Source of the DNA: Perna viridis
Lineage: Eukaryota
DNA length: 64,000 nt
Assembly: GCA_037379345.1 (NCBI GenBank)
Contig: CM074520.1
Span: 868,001-932,000 of the forward strand
Direction: 5' to 3'
Shown here: one piece after another, positions 51,619-64,000 of the stretch
How the letters are laid out: every line of letters starts with the position of its first letter
How positions within the stretch are numbered: position 1 is the stretch's first letter
Position numbers and translations under genes: made by a program
Notes under the pieces: generated by a model
Told to the model about the DNA's origin: nothing
Seen by the model: the letters and a program-made list of their open reading frames with translations, nothing else
The model's database searches: none

Positions 51619-51878
51619 TAGGGGCGGATTCAGGCGAGGCGTGGCGGGCGTGCGTTTCCCCCTAAAATTTGCAAAGCATGGGTTGTCAGGGGTAGATTTA
51701 GGCGGTTTTAGGTTGAAACTTTAATTTCTTGCTAATTTTACCACAAAAGATATCTACATTGCACCCACTCTAGAAAGATATTCCAAAAATTTAGCCTCAA
51801 AAACTTTTTTGCTTCGCTCCGCTCGGCGAAATTTTAACTATGCGTACCCCTTAATCTAAACTCCTGGATCCGCCCTTG
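51619..51878 (+). mobile_element. MITE, family A copy 3 (longest copy)
   Basis: TAGGGGCGGATTCAGG...CCTGGATCCGCCCTTG with the same internal sequence plus GCTTCGCTCCGCTCGGCG. Confidence 0.9.
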
Positions 51879-52875
51879 CACTTAGTCTAGCTAACGGTCT
51901 GCATGTTAGAAAACTCCTTATTTTATTTTCTGATATTTCATTACATTAGCAGCACATTTAATGCGTGATCTAGTTGATTTATCTACAAATGTCATTTGGA
52001 AATATCAAAATACCACACGATTAACCCTCTTAGCAGGTGGGTCATATAAAGTACCGAGTCGTGCATTCCACTAATAAATCGACATATGTATTATCAATTT
52101 TTACATGAAAATCTGTAGTTAGCTGTCATGTTACATCAGTCCAGAACATCTATTTTAAAACTAAAGGTCCCGATTCTGTACCTAAGAGGAACGCAAATCA
52201 AAATGTCAAAATACCATAGCTAGCTGTCATTCGACGGCCATTGGAAATTTTTTTTATATATTGTCATTCGTGGCTCTCGGCTGTTTTCGCTCATAAACGA
52301 TCCTAGTTAATCATCCCTAATGAATCTTTAGTTGATGTGTATGGTGAAGACGATAAAGTGATGATTAGGATATTTACATCACCTCTTAAAAATAAATCTT
52401 TATTTTCATGAATAAAATGCGTATCGGTTCATAGAAAATTAAAAATCAGTCATTCATTCAAAAATATAGTATGGTTGACGAAAGAATTCATCATGTTTCT
52501 TTACACTGTTAACAACCACAAACATCTATTCAACGACCTTATGAGCAAAAATAACAGTTATTTATCAATTCTGTCAAAAATTATTATATTTTTGCATATA
52601 ATTATTGTCAAGTTAGTTACTTAAACTTCAAAATGTGAAGAACGTTTTCTGTGTATAGATTTAAGTTGTATCTTAATGAAAGAATGACTGTGCGTATTAC
52701 AGACCATTCCTATAGGGGTGTACTCGAATTATGATATTAGATAATCTGAAATGACCCGAGTTTTATCTGTGTAAACGGTGAACTCGAAGTAAAATGAGAT
52801 TAACAAGATATTTCACGGATCTTGTCGATGCAAGGGGTCCATTACTCCTACAACGTAAGAGGGTGGAATTCCGTT

Positions 52876-53385
52876 AGTTTAGTTTAAACATATTTTATTT
52901 GCGTAATTATGCAAAGGGGATTAGACACAAGTTAGACAAACTTATTAAGTCTTCTCCCATATACAGTGTGTAACAATACATATTGAAAGCATGCAAAAAC
53001 AATACAATAAATATATAAACATAATTTTGACATGATATAACTAGCAAATATTGTGATGATGTAATGATGTATGTGGTTGTTATAAATATACTTACAGTAT
53101 CAATGATACTGATTATACAATATGGAACCTCTTAGATCCTTTTATATAATTATATACATGACTAAAAATTATTGTATTTTGCTCATCGGTAAGAGCCGGG
53201 TTGCCAAACGTTAAGGTACTTAAATTTACTCGACAATTTTCCGGTAACCAGTTTAGATTAATAAGGAGTCTGTTTCTAATATCAGAATAGTGAGGACTTT
53301 CAAAGGAAAAATGATTTGAATCTTCAATGCTAGCACCACACCGGCAGGATGGATCAGTTATAATCTCTCGAGAGATCATACATTA
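52876..53385 (-). mobile_element. 5'-truncated CR1/L2-group LINE 3' end with 12-bp TSD
   Basis: The ORF 53113-53379(-), SCRCGASIEDSNHF.FE...R...LTFGN..L...QN..IF..V..YIKGSKRF, is a typical ORF2 C-terminus. The 3' end is AATAAAATATGTTTAAACTAAACT. TSD TGGAATTCCGTT lies at 52864-52875 and 53386-53397. Confidence 0.93.
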
Positions 53386-53444
53386 TGGAATTCCGTTCCT
53401 CCATACCCCGGACATGGCACCAAGTCAGAAAATAGCTTGCCAGA

Positions 53445-53489
53445 CAAATTTTTGGTCGTTCCCTCGCGGAGGGAACGACAAAAAATTTG
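53445..53489. repeat. Near-perfect hairpin
   Basis: CAAATTTTTGGTCGTTCCCTC-GCG-GAGGGAACGACAAAAAATTTG with one mismatch. It is likely part of the host repeat element. Confidence 0.85.
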
Positions 53490-54829
53490 TATCGCAAATT
53501 TGACAGTTCTAACTTCGATGGGAATTTTTCAGACTATATATATGTGCCCACACTTGCATGATACTGACTCAAGAATCATCTAAATATGAAGGGTCTAAAT
53601 GTATGTCAAGGTCATTTTCCCAAATCACGAATAGAGAGCGTTTCACATTCCTTCCAATGCTCTTGGGTTATTTTGTTTTTAATTAATCGTGCTATTACAA
53701 GTTTAAAACATTGTAAAGTTTCCTTAAAATCAGTATATACAATCATGTTTCTCCACCTATCATCTTCACTGCTAGCCATCATCAAGTCCATTCCCTAAAA
53801 ATGGATATAGTATATGCTACGACCGGTGATGTGTCAAGTAGGAACTTATGGTTCATTTGTCATACTGTAACTCACAAAGAGATACTTATCCCTTGATCCT
53901 AGAAATTACTCATTTGATACGCCACGTTGAAATGTTCAATGTTAATGTCGGATGATAGAAACTTCCAGGGAGTTACAAATTTCATATCATTTGTTTAGAA
54001 TATTTAGTAGTCAAGACTGTTATATCTTGGAAATAGTACAACACTGTTTCTGTACTTGGTTCTATTTGCTTATCTCTATAAATTATTCTACAAAATGAAC
54101 GGTCTAATTTGAACCCGTTGTGAATTTGACCAAAAGGGTCATTATATCAACAATGCATCAAAAGGCTTGTTTCCTACTAAATATGGACTCTTCTTTATTT
54201 ATCATATTTGTGATCATTGCCATGAATAATAAACAGCAAGGAAATAGCAATTTAAAAACGCTGAAGGGCTTAAAAAGTTGTAAAGCCACACACTTTGTTC
54301 TCATAAAACGCTACATTTCCCATTCAGTAAAGGATGAGTTTAACAACATTTTTCATCTGATATAAACGGATTTCTAACCTTTTACTTTAAAAACGCCATC
54401 AAAATAGTATCACTGGTCCATAATATCCACTCCAACATGTCAGAGAACCTTACAATAACCTAATGTGTAAGGTTTAAATTGACAGAAGTCAAGTGTCGAC
54501 CCGCTTCAGGTTGGATGGTATTTTATATCTTTGGCCAGTTGTCCTCTGTAACAAATATCTTCCAAGCCTTTTACGAGTGTTCTGGTCCTAAATGTAAACA
54601 ATTTGTGGTTTATTAAAGTATTGTTTTAACCTGTCGGATTTAAGATAAATGCAGGCAGATACATGTCTCTGATACAGGTAAATTAATATACATTAATATG
54701 GCACAACTTCATGAAAGATTTTAGTTAGATCGAAATATTTCCGGTCGGTCCTTCTTTTTTTTCCAGATATTTGATGTTATTGCTTTTATAAAGTTCAATG
54801 TAAATATGTCTATATCTTATCTTTTAACA

Positions 54830-54833
54830 AAAA

Positions 54834-54864
<31 letters not shown>

Positions 54865-54895
54865 CAAAACAAAACAAAAAACAGAATAGAATAGA
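54830..54895. repeat. (AAAAC)n microsatellite
   Basis: Direct reading. Confidence 0.9.
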
Positions 54896-57800
54896 AAAAT
54901 AAACATCATTACCATTTTGTGGTTGTGCTTGGCACAGCGAATGGGGCGTTATAATAATCTATCGTTATATAACTGTATCTTTGACCACATAACTCATTTC
55001 CCCTTTCTTAGTGTGTTCACAATGCTTCTACGTTTTATTTGTTGTATCATAAGAAATTATATTCTGGGCAAACTGTCCCTGGTACAGGGCTTTTGACATT
55101 ACATTAAAATGTTATTTTTCATATCGCCCCTTGTATGGAGCTTCTAAATGTCAACGTGTTACTGTATATTCTCAATTTGTCTTCCCTCATGTCCTTGCCT
55201 TAAGAAGAACAGTACCAGCTGACCTCGAACGCGTCTACAATAAAGCTAATACCCCCTACGGTTACAATCTGTGATTTTTATGAGGCAGGCGGTCGCTTGA
55301 CACCCTCGTTCAGTACTTATACCATACTTATAATGACATATTGTCCATGAATAGTAATTGTTGTTATATCTCCTATAATACATAAACCTTCAGGCTCTCT
55401 AATCGATTCCTTATATCTCAATACACCATACAATTATCTCTTTATAGGCGTATCTTTCCCATTCAGGGTTAAACCTTGGACACTTTTCTCTTTCGTATTT
55501 TTTAGCAGTTAATCTTCCTGCCATGTTTGCCTTGAGTCGGGTTCTCACTCCAGTTTTGTTTTGAACAAAGGACCGCTTTATTGCATCCATGTACTACTAA
55601 ACTATCTTGATAAATATTCAGAAATAAACTTTATATGGATTTAAAATCAATTGACTTAAAATGAAAAATGAATCCACCCGCATTGAAATTAATTACGAAT
55701 CGTGTGTATCAATGTCTAGTTATTTTTGAACATGACAAAGCATAAATTTTCGCCAGCTGTATATATTTAGCTTCTTCCTTAAAAAGTTCTTCATTCCAAA
55801 CCAGGAATTCCATGGGTATATTTGTATTAGCGTTGTTTTTTTTATTATTCGAAGAAGTTTGAAAGACTAATAAGTTTACGATTTGCGATGCTCAGCCAGA
55901 TCAAACAAAATATGATTTCATGCCTTCAAGTAATCTCCCATTTCTCCATGATTTGCGTGGATTTCTGTTGTTTTAAAGCTACTAACTGATTTAACATACT
56001 GTGTTGACTTTTTAACCTTTAATGCCGTAAACCCCCTGATATCTCCAGTTTTGTTTCCCTCTCTACATGTCATGATTAGCCGACTTAACATGTATGTGGT
56101 ACATATGATTTGACAGTTTGGTTATTAAGCCCTCTCCACAGCCACATGTAAAGCCTTTGTTGGATTAGTTATTTTAGGAGATTACCTTCCTGTAATAACA
56201 CTGATTATAACACCTGCCCATGGAAAACGTTTTCTGTGTGTGGATTAACCTCCGCGTCACCGTTCTCCTACTACAGTAATTATATAATTAAATCTAAGTT
56301 TTCTACATTCTATAATAGGAGTGAAATATGATATCCGGTTTATAAAAGAGCCTTCAAAATGTACGAATTTAAGATTGTTTTTCTTAGTACAATTCGAAAA
56401 GAAAATTTAGATCATTTTCACACATGCGATATTGATCAAATCATATATCTGATACTGTCGGTCTCTCTGCGACAATATGTCTGTGACAAAATAGAATTTC
56501 TACCACCCTAGACAGCCACTAACGACATGTCAGTAGGTTGTTGCTTGTCATTAGTACCTTTCACCCTAGAGAGCTACCATTGACATGCCAGTTCTCTAAG
56601 TGGAGAATGGTGTCACAAAGTTACCATAAATCCTGTCTCATAATGGTGGATCATGAAATTTATTAAAGGGTCCAGGCTATCAGTTGCTCATTTTTTCAAA
56701 ATTTTGCACAAAACAAACATTATTTTCCAGCAATAGAGGTGGTTACAACCCTTGGAACCCTACCCTGGACCCACCAGTATCTCTCATACACAGCCACATT
56801 TGCGTGTCTTTATTTTGTTACGGACAATGACAGCCGTGACAATGTCATATTTACTGCAATTATATGGGAGGCCAACAATGTATAGTGGTCATTACGAGGT
56901 TATGAAAATTACTGAAATAACCTGTACTAATAATAGTCCTATTTTACTACTGTTATATTTAGGAGCTAATGAATATAGTGTGGGTATCATGCCGTGGAGA
57001 ATGACTCATTTTCGTAAAGCCATCAAAACATAATTACAATCAAATATTAAATATGTAAAATTAGGCACGGAATTCGACAAATGTTCTCATTATTTAAGCA
57101 CAATAATGAAAAATTATTTTTTAAACAAAGATCTGAGTAACTAATAAAAGATATCCTATCGTACATAGTTTAAAGCATATTTTATATTGAATGCTCAATT
57201 TCATAAGTCAGTAGATTTATTCTGTTAGAATTTGTTGGCCGAAATTTAAATAAGAAATTGAGATATCTAAAGTCGAACAGAAATATTAAGTTTCACATTT
57301 AATTCTTGTGAATTTCGTTAATATGATACTTCCACGTCCATCCAGAATTACACACGCAAACAGATGCTACATAATTAGGACATGTGTAATATTTCTTACT
57401 ATCAAAATATGTCATGTTTTTTATGTTTTGTGTCCTATTAAACACGAAAAAATGGATTAAATCATAAAATAAGGTCGTTATAGTCGGGATATGTGGTGTA
57501 GATTGTATCTGTCCCAATATATTTTTTAAATGGAATAGGTGTCAATACGCTACTAACTGTAGATATGTGATATGTCTAATGGTTTCTGTTCATGGAAATT
57601 AAGGTTGCATTTTAAGTAGATAATAATTTGATAATTTGTAACAATCTCTGCAAATTAAAATTTTAGAATTGAACGTTTTTTAACATTGACACAACCGTTT
57701 ATGCATTTTAAGATATCTAACAACAATTTGATTAATGTGAATTTGATGAAGTACATAGGTCTATATACATGTATCAAAAATAAAAATAAAAAACAAATAA

Positions 57801-57924
57801 ATAAAACGATACAAAACAAAACAGATAAACAACTTTTGATATGCATAATCATTTAAAGATGTGACGGGGACCTCCCTATTCCTTGTTATTAGGAGAACAC
57901 TTATTCATCTTTCATTTATCCATA

Positions 57925-58385
57925 TAAAACGTTCCAGCTCTATAGAGCGCTGTTTGTACCGACGAGACACCAAAATTTCAAAACAGCACGCCTAAGCTCT
58001 ATAGACCGCTGCTTGTACCAATGACACTTCAATGTACCAGAACAGCATGTTCAAGCTCCATAGACCGCTGCTTGTACCGGCAGGACTCCCATATAGTAAA
58101 ACAGCACGTCCAAGCTATACAGAGTGCTGTTTGTACAGATGAGACACCTATATTTCAATACTGTACGTCTAAGCTCTACAGACCACTGTTTTTACCAATG
58201 ATACTGCAACGTAGCAAAACAGCATGTCCATGCCGTATAGAGTTTGTACTGTTTGTACGTCCATGTTCTATAGAGCGCTGCTTGTACCGATAGGGCTCCC
58301 TAATAACCAAACATATCCATGCTCCATAGGGCGCTGTTTGTACCGATAGGACTTCCTAATAACCATGTCCATGCTCCTTAGAGTT
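57925..58385. repeat. Degenerate ~59-bp minisatellite in the ARHGAP6 intron
   Basis: Recurring GCTCTATAGAGCGCTGTTTGTACCGA core. Confidence 0.88.
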
Positions 58386-61300
58386 TGTTGATAAATTTAC
58401 CATGCTGCTTTTTCATTAACTAATCATATCAGTTTTCATGTTAAGATAGAGCCTTGTAGCCTTTCATCGAAACAGTCTGAATCATTGTCTTCCTGTTTTA
58501 TATTCCATGAATATTATTCATCTTCGATTTTAGTAGCTTCAAGTTATTTCATTTTTATTGGTAAGAAAAAACCATTCCTTTGTACTTCGTTTGGTAAATG
58601 TACAGTCCATATTTAATCTACAGAACAAGTCATCTGACCTCCCCAATATGGTTGACAAACCTTAAAGATGCACACGATAAAATGATAGAGGGAATATTAA
58701 TTCTTCACGGACAATTATACTGAAGTTTCTATACCATTAACCGTGATGATTGATTATATGGGAAATTGTTAATTGAAATTTTTTTATTTTGCTCTATAAA
58801 ACCACAGCAGGTTCCATATAACAATAAGTTTACTAACATGGGTATGAGTGGAATTACTTAAAGATAATACACAATGCATTTTAGAATTGACATTTTCTTA
58901 GGTATTAATTGGAAAATATTGCGGAAACACCAAACTCCACTTCTATTACAGCAATTATCCACGACTTCTCCTTATCTTCAGTTTTCCGCACGAAAAAGTC
59001 GTTTCAGTGCTTTCTTTGGAAAAATACACTTTCTCCCTTTAGTACAAAACATTTCACCCCATAGTTCGGTTCCTAATTACGACGGAAAAACTGCAGTTTT
59101 GCTTGAATTTTGGGACCATCGGTTACCTGAACCCTGATTTCGGACCACCGGTTCGCATGCTCCTGTGGGCGCCACAGTGACTCCTAATTTTGTCTGGATT
59201 TTTCCTTTTACAGATGTACCAATTTATCACCGTGTTAGGTCATGTGTCAGAATGTTTTCTCCTTCAGTGGAGATCTCGGTCATGTGACCCCAGGCTGTTG
59301 TTTCTTATGTTTAAAAGCGAAAGCGTACTTACCAGTGGTCTATAGCTATTGCATTAAGTTCTAAAGAGAATGTTTTGATTGCATATAATCAATTTGAGTT
59401 CACTTAAAAGGAGGTCATTTGAAAGTAAAAGAAAAAGTGCATTTGATTTTTTGGGCTAATCATGTATATAAACATGGAATTGAAATAACCTTTCCAACCG
59501 AATAAAAATGACATGTATACAGCATTCTTATATAGAGATATAGGACATGCTGTTGTGTATCACGTGGGCTACGATAGGAGCTCCTTCTTATAGTGAACCC
59601 GATACAGCATTTATTGATAAGATTTCGAGTCATATGGATATTACCATCCAGTGAATGCATTGTACCTTTAGGACTTGGGTACTAAATTTATTTTTATCAA
59701 ACCTTATTATCCGAGTCCACACTAGGACAATCAATAACTCTCTAAAGTCCTTATTAGTCACAGAGCGTTGAAAAGTCCGTAAAATATAACTTACATTTAT
59801 CCTTTGAGACAAAGACCTTCATATTCTGAACGCAATTTTGTAAACAAACCAAATACTTTGAAAATATAATGATGTTTTCTGTGAGTAAAAGAACTATTCA
59901 AGTCTTTGTTACCGTTAAGCATATCTTTATGAAATATGCATTTTTGTTAGAATGCATTGTTTCCTTCAAGGTTTCTTTAAATGGCGTTTACTGAGGTATG
60001 TCTATAACTTTAGTACATAATTTACCCCTGCATACAATCACAACAAATGAAACAATTATGTGACATTTACATTGCTCACCGTGTAGGTAAAGAGGTCACT
60101 TCATTAAATGGGAGGGTATGATCTTTAGTATACGTCTTCCAATGTCTGATTCCTATATTGCACGAGGGGGTACAATTCATCATTAAGTACCAAACGGGGA
60201 CATTTTTTTTTATATCAGTTCAGTTTTTATAAGTGTTTATACCGTCTTTATACAGGAAAGTATAAAACTTGAGAGGCTTGCTAGAAGGCTGTCTATATAT
60301 ATCACACCAATGATGTAAAGCCTCCTGACCATATTAATTAAAGGTTTATTTTTTATAACTGTCTCTAGAATGGATATCCGAGCACAATCACTCGCTTTCC
60401 TGTATGAACTATGGATAAGTATTAGTGAACATTGATTTGGGTTTGCTTGGACTGGATTTCATTGCTTCAGGCCGGAACATTTAGAAAAAAAAATTCTGAA
60501 TCATATGGCTTATTGGCGTATTTTTCCAAATAGCAGATTTTTACAAAATCTTTAAATAAATATCTAAATAGCTACGAAATTTCATGAATATGAAAAATAG
60601 TATTAACTCCTATCTTTATCTAAATATTTTAATTCCGACGCCACCTAGAGTACGCCTAATTTAATCCCATTGCATAGCTTTGGATTGGTGTCCTATTATC
60701 ATCGCTGGGTACAACCGAGTCGCTTTAACCATTAGCTTATCACGATGCTATTGGAAAAAATGTAACTATAGCCATTAAGGATGCACTTTGTCATCTGGAA
60801 TGTACACCACGTTTATTTTGATAATTCAGTAAAACCATTAATATAAAACAATGTTTTTTTTATATTCAGAAGCAAATAGTTTTTAACGCCCGAATTGTAT
60901 GTGACTTATTTGTCAATCGACTTTTATAAATTGATGACTATAGGGGGTCTTTGGCTTTAAACTAACGTATTATATTGTTATGTAAAATCTTATTTATACA
61001 AATGGGACTTAAATGAGTACCTTGCTCAATTGATCCTCTTTCTGGAATTCTAAATATATCAAAGGATCCCACGTACTTAGGTGGCTTTCACTATCGTGGC
61101 TGAAATTGTGTTGATCACTCAAGCATCGTGTCCTCTGATGGATAAAAGTTGAAAATTGGGGAGAAAATTCCAATTCTTGCGGAGGCTGTCGTATGTTTAA
61201 GACAACATAAACTATTTTATATGTACAAATGTCCGATCTATACAATCTAACCACGCGTTCAGAAGATAATTGACTTTCTATTAAACCTCCCTTCCTATTC

Positions 61301-62351
61301 CAACATTCCAATCTCTGAATCTTTGTATTTGATCAATTCTTACTAACTTAATAGAAAGAAAACGAAAAAGTAATCTGACGATCTGTCATTAAAATGATAA
61401 ATTTATTAATAATTCCAAATATTCTGGGTTAGCCTCGATACAAGGTGTTTAGATGTGAATGTATGGCTTTGATGAAGTGTCCTTGTACCAAATCTAACCT
61501 TTACGGGTTGATGATAGTTTGTTTTTCTTGTAAAGAACTAATTAATCTCTAACAGTTTCACGCATATTCGCTGGATTCAGACATATTCATTCATAGATAT
61601 ACCATGTACTTGAGAAAACCTGCTCGAATAGGCTCCATGTTTAATGTTAAATCGGACTCATAATAAATTAATTATAAACCACTTCTGACAGAAACCCTTT
61701 TCTGATTAATACGCGGACGTCATAGAAACCACCATCAAGGTATGCGGAACTAAAGTTTAATGAAAATGTCAATCAGCGTTCGATAACATGATAAATGTGT
61801 CAGAATTCGGAGAATAGAGTTCACTTCAGAGAAAACTGAAACATCTAAATGTCAGAATGGTACTTTAATTATTAAAGTTATACACAATATGCTTTATTTC
61901 ATTTCCGTAATTTTTTTTTATTTTGCCAAGAACTGTTCAAATATAATTTTCCATTACCAAATAAACTGTATTAAAAGTGACACTGGCCTGTGTGTAATCA
62001 TATAACGAGGAAATCATAGAAAAAAACATGTCAAAGACTTATTGTTTACTCGTACATCAAATTTCCACGAGTATGACGTATATGTCGCAACGCTGTTTTT
62101 TTTTTTTTTTTTTTTTTTTGCTATTGAATCCAAGTCTAGTTCTTGTATATCGTTAGCTTGTAACGAAGATCTTATTTTCTTCTGGTCAAAATTGTCATCC
62201 ATAAAAACTATCAAATTATAGCTGGACAAACGAAAACGACAATGCAAAGCACTGTCTAATTATGATTATTAATTATTAATATACTAAAATGGTCATGTAT
62301 AATATAAACAAAACGATTTCACTAAGTTTACATTGTTGTGTTCTTTTTCAG

Positions 62352-62508
62352 GGTGATTGTTGTTGGTGTAATGTTAGCGGAAGGAAAGTAGTCCTGAAAC
62401 CATCTAGTCTGAGCCAGCTTACCGAGGCGGAAAGACATGCATTGCAGAAAATAGTGCTATCCAAACTGCAAGCCATGGATCTTGGCTGTTCAATATCGAT
62501 TCCGAAAG
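62352..62508 (+). CDS. ARHGAP6: ARHGAP6-like second coding exon (GDCCWCNVSGRKVVLKPSSLSQLTEAERHALQKIVLSKLQAMDLGCSISIPK)
   Basis: TTCTTTTTCAG acceptor, GTAATT donor. It matches the recalled ARHGAP6/RhoGAP102A pre-GAP motif GD..W...SGR.V.L......L.E.ER..LQ......LQ..DL.C.I.IPK. The GAP domain lies beyond the window. Confidence 0.9.
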
Positions 62509-64000
62509 GTAATTTATACTACATATAGTCCAAAACTCCCACCCTTTGTAATTGTATTTTGGTTTTTTTCTTCTTCTAGATATGCTGTTTTTAGTTTCTG
62601 TTTCATGGTACTCCTTGCTTCTGGACCGAAAGTATTTATGGTAGTCTACTCGGCTACGATGTGGTACCTATTTGTCTTCATTTTTGTTTGCACCACAATA
62701 GTCGTCTTTTGATGATTCTCTTAGGCTCAACTGGTGATCCTGATGATCTGGTGATCCTGGTGATCATGTTGATCCTGGTGACCTGAAGAAAACTGGTGAT
62801 CGTGGTGACCTGAAGAAAGCTTAAACAAGGATAATAATAATATAAATGAATTCATTAACCCAACCACTTTAGTTAATGGAGGATGACCTGTTTCGTTCAT
62901 TGTCGATCAAACAATCAAAATTTCATTCCCTTTGGGCAATGTAATAAAATGTCAATAGCACGTAACTTGTTTAAACGTTACGGTTGTATCCTGTAACACT
63001 TTTAAGTCATACATTTTGTCTTAAATATATTACCTCCAATAAGCTACAATGATTTGAACAGATATGTAATTTATGTTTGTGTATTATAGCAATGAGTATA
63101 TGGTCGTGTAAAGTTTGATTATGCTTCATTACACGTGATTCTTTATGGTTTTATCAGCTTTTGCTTTGACGTACGACTTCTTGATTACTTTGACTGAATT
63201 AAATCTGGTAGATTTGTGTGACCAGAAGTAAGAAGGAAATGTCAGCACGTTGTGAGTTGTGACTCGTACCGTTGAGGTTTTATTAAAATAATTTTCTTAA
63301 ATAATGTTCGCTGTATTGTTGATACTTATTTTTTGCATAGATTGTGCTTGTGTTTAACCTTTGTATGTTTTCTTTTCTTCTGTAGTAGTGATTGAGTTCT
63401 TACTTGTAATATGATTTTCTTTTGTAATATTTGAAACTGCTAAAATCTCTTTCAGGTTTAATCTCCTTTTTCATTTTTTCGTTCAGATACTTCGGATACA
63501 GGATGACATTGAACTCATGTTCTAACAGTATTTTAATTTGACTTTCGATAATCCTTAATGCTGAATTTTCAAATTGTCACGTACTTCGTATGTCATAAAA
63601 CCCCAACTGTCTCGTGCATTTCAAAATAACACAATTAAGTACGGAAATAATAAAAGATTTGTATCAACCCTCTTTTTACCCCACCATATTGAAAGAGGAA
63701 GAACTTTCATATATTTTCTATACAATTTGTATTCATTTGTCCGTCAGTCTGTGATCTCGGTGTTGTAAGACTTAATTTGTCATGATTTGCGATTTTATCA
63801 ATCATTATTAATTCATCAATTTATTTAATAAATCGAGATATTACTTTATTTTGAATTTGATCTGAAATCGCAAATGCACGAACATCCGTAATTGAATCGA
63901 TACTAAAAACAGTACTTTATTAGTAATCTGGCAAGGAAAACTTAAATTTTTCAATTACAAATGAGCACCTATTATATCACTGAACAACATGTATATGTAG

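Noticed and set aside
48300-62351. Nested antisense biomineralisation gene analogous to amelogenin in vertebrate ARHGAP6 intron 1
   Set aside because: I found no signal-peptide exon or Pro/Gln/His-rich exon series on the minus strand. The ORF 61009-61311 is open but unrecognisable.
62530-62820. CTGGTGATC 9-mer repeats and a minus-strand basic peptide (RRRKKPKYNYKGWEFW)
   Set aside because: Interrupted by stops. It could be a decayed mobile-element fragment, but there is too little to classify.
63487-63525. Acceptor-like site as ARHGAP6 exon 3
   Set aside because: The phase-1 frame stops after DTSDTG and shows no family similarity.

Overview
This is AT-rich, intron-containing animal genomic DNA. 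The repeat families and intron style suggest a mollusc, probably a bivalve (inference). Three spliced protein-coding genes lie in tandem on the + strand. (1) The last five coding exons of CWH43/PGAP2IP (2225-4906). (2) A complete TEX26-like gene (12694-20919) with a second phase-compatible terminal exon at 21581-21756. (3) The first two coding exons of an ARHGAP6-like RhoGAP (47481-48299 and 62352-62508), which continues beyond the window. The rest is introns and intergenic DNA holding a TSD-flanked SINE-like retroposon, two 5'-truncated LINE remnants, several TIR-bounded MITEs, Helentron-like fragments and many minisatellites. The most notable signals are: tandem arrays built from exon/intron junctions (25 copies of a CWH43 exon end plus donor, and older decayed copies behind a TEX26 exon); a retroposon that starts with a predicted pseudoknot instead of a tRNA head; alternative TEX26 C-termini; and a CpG-poor/CpG-normal mosaic that follows gene bodies. 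Gene identities come from manual translation and recalled family motifs. No database search was run.
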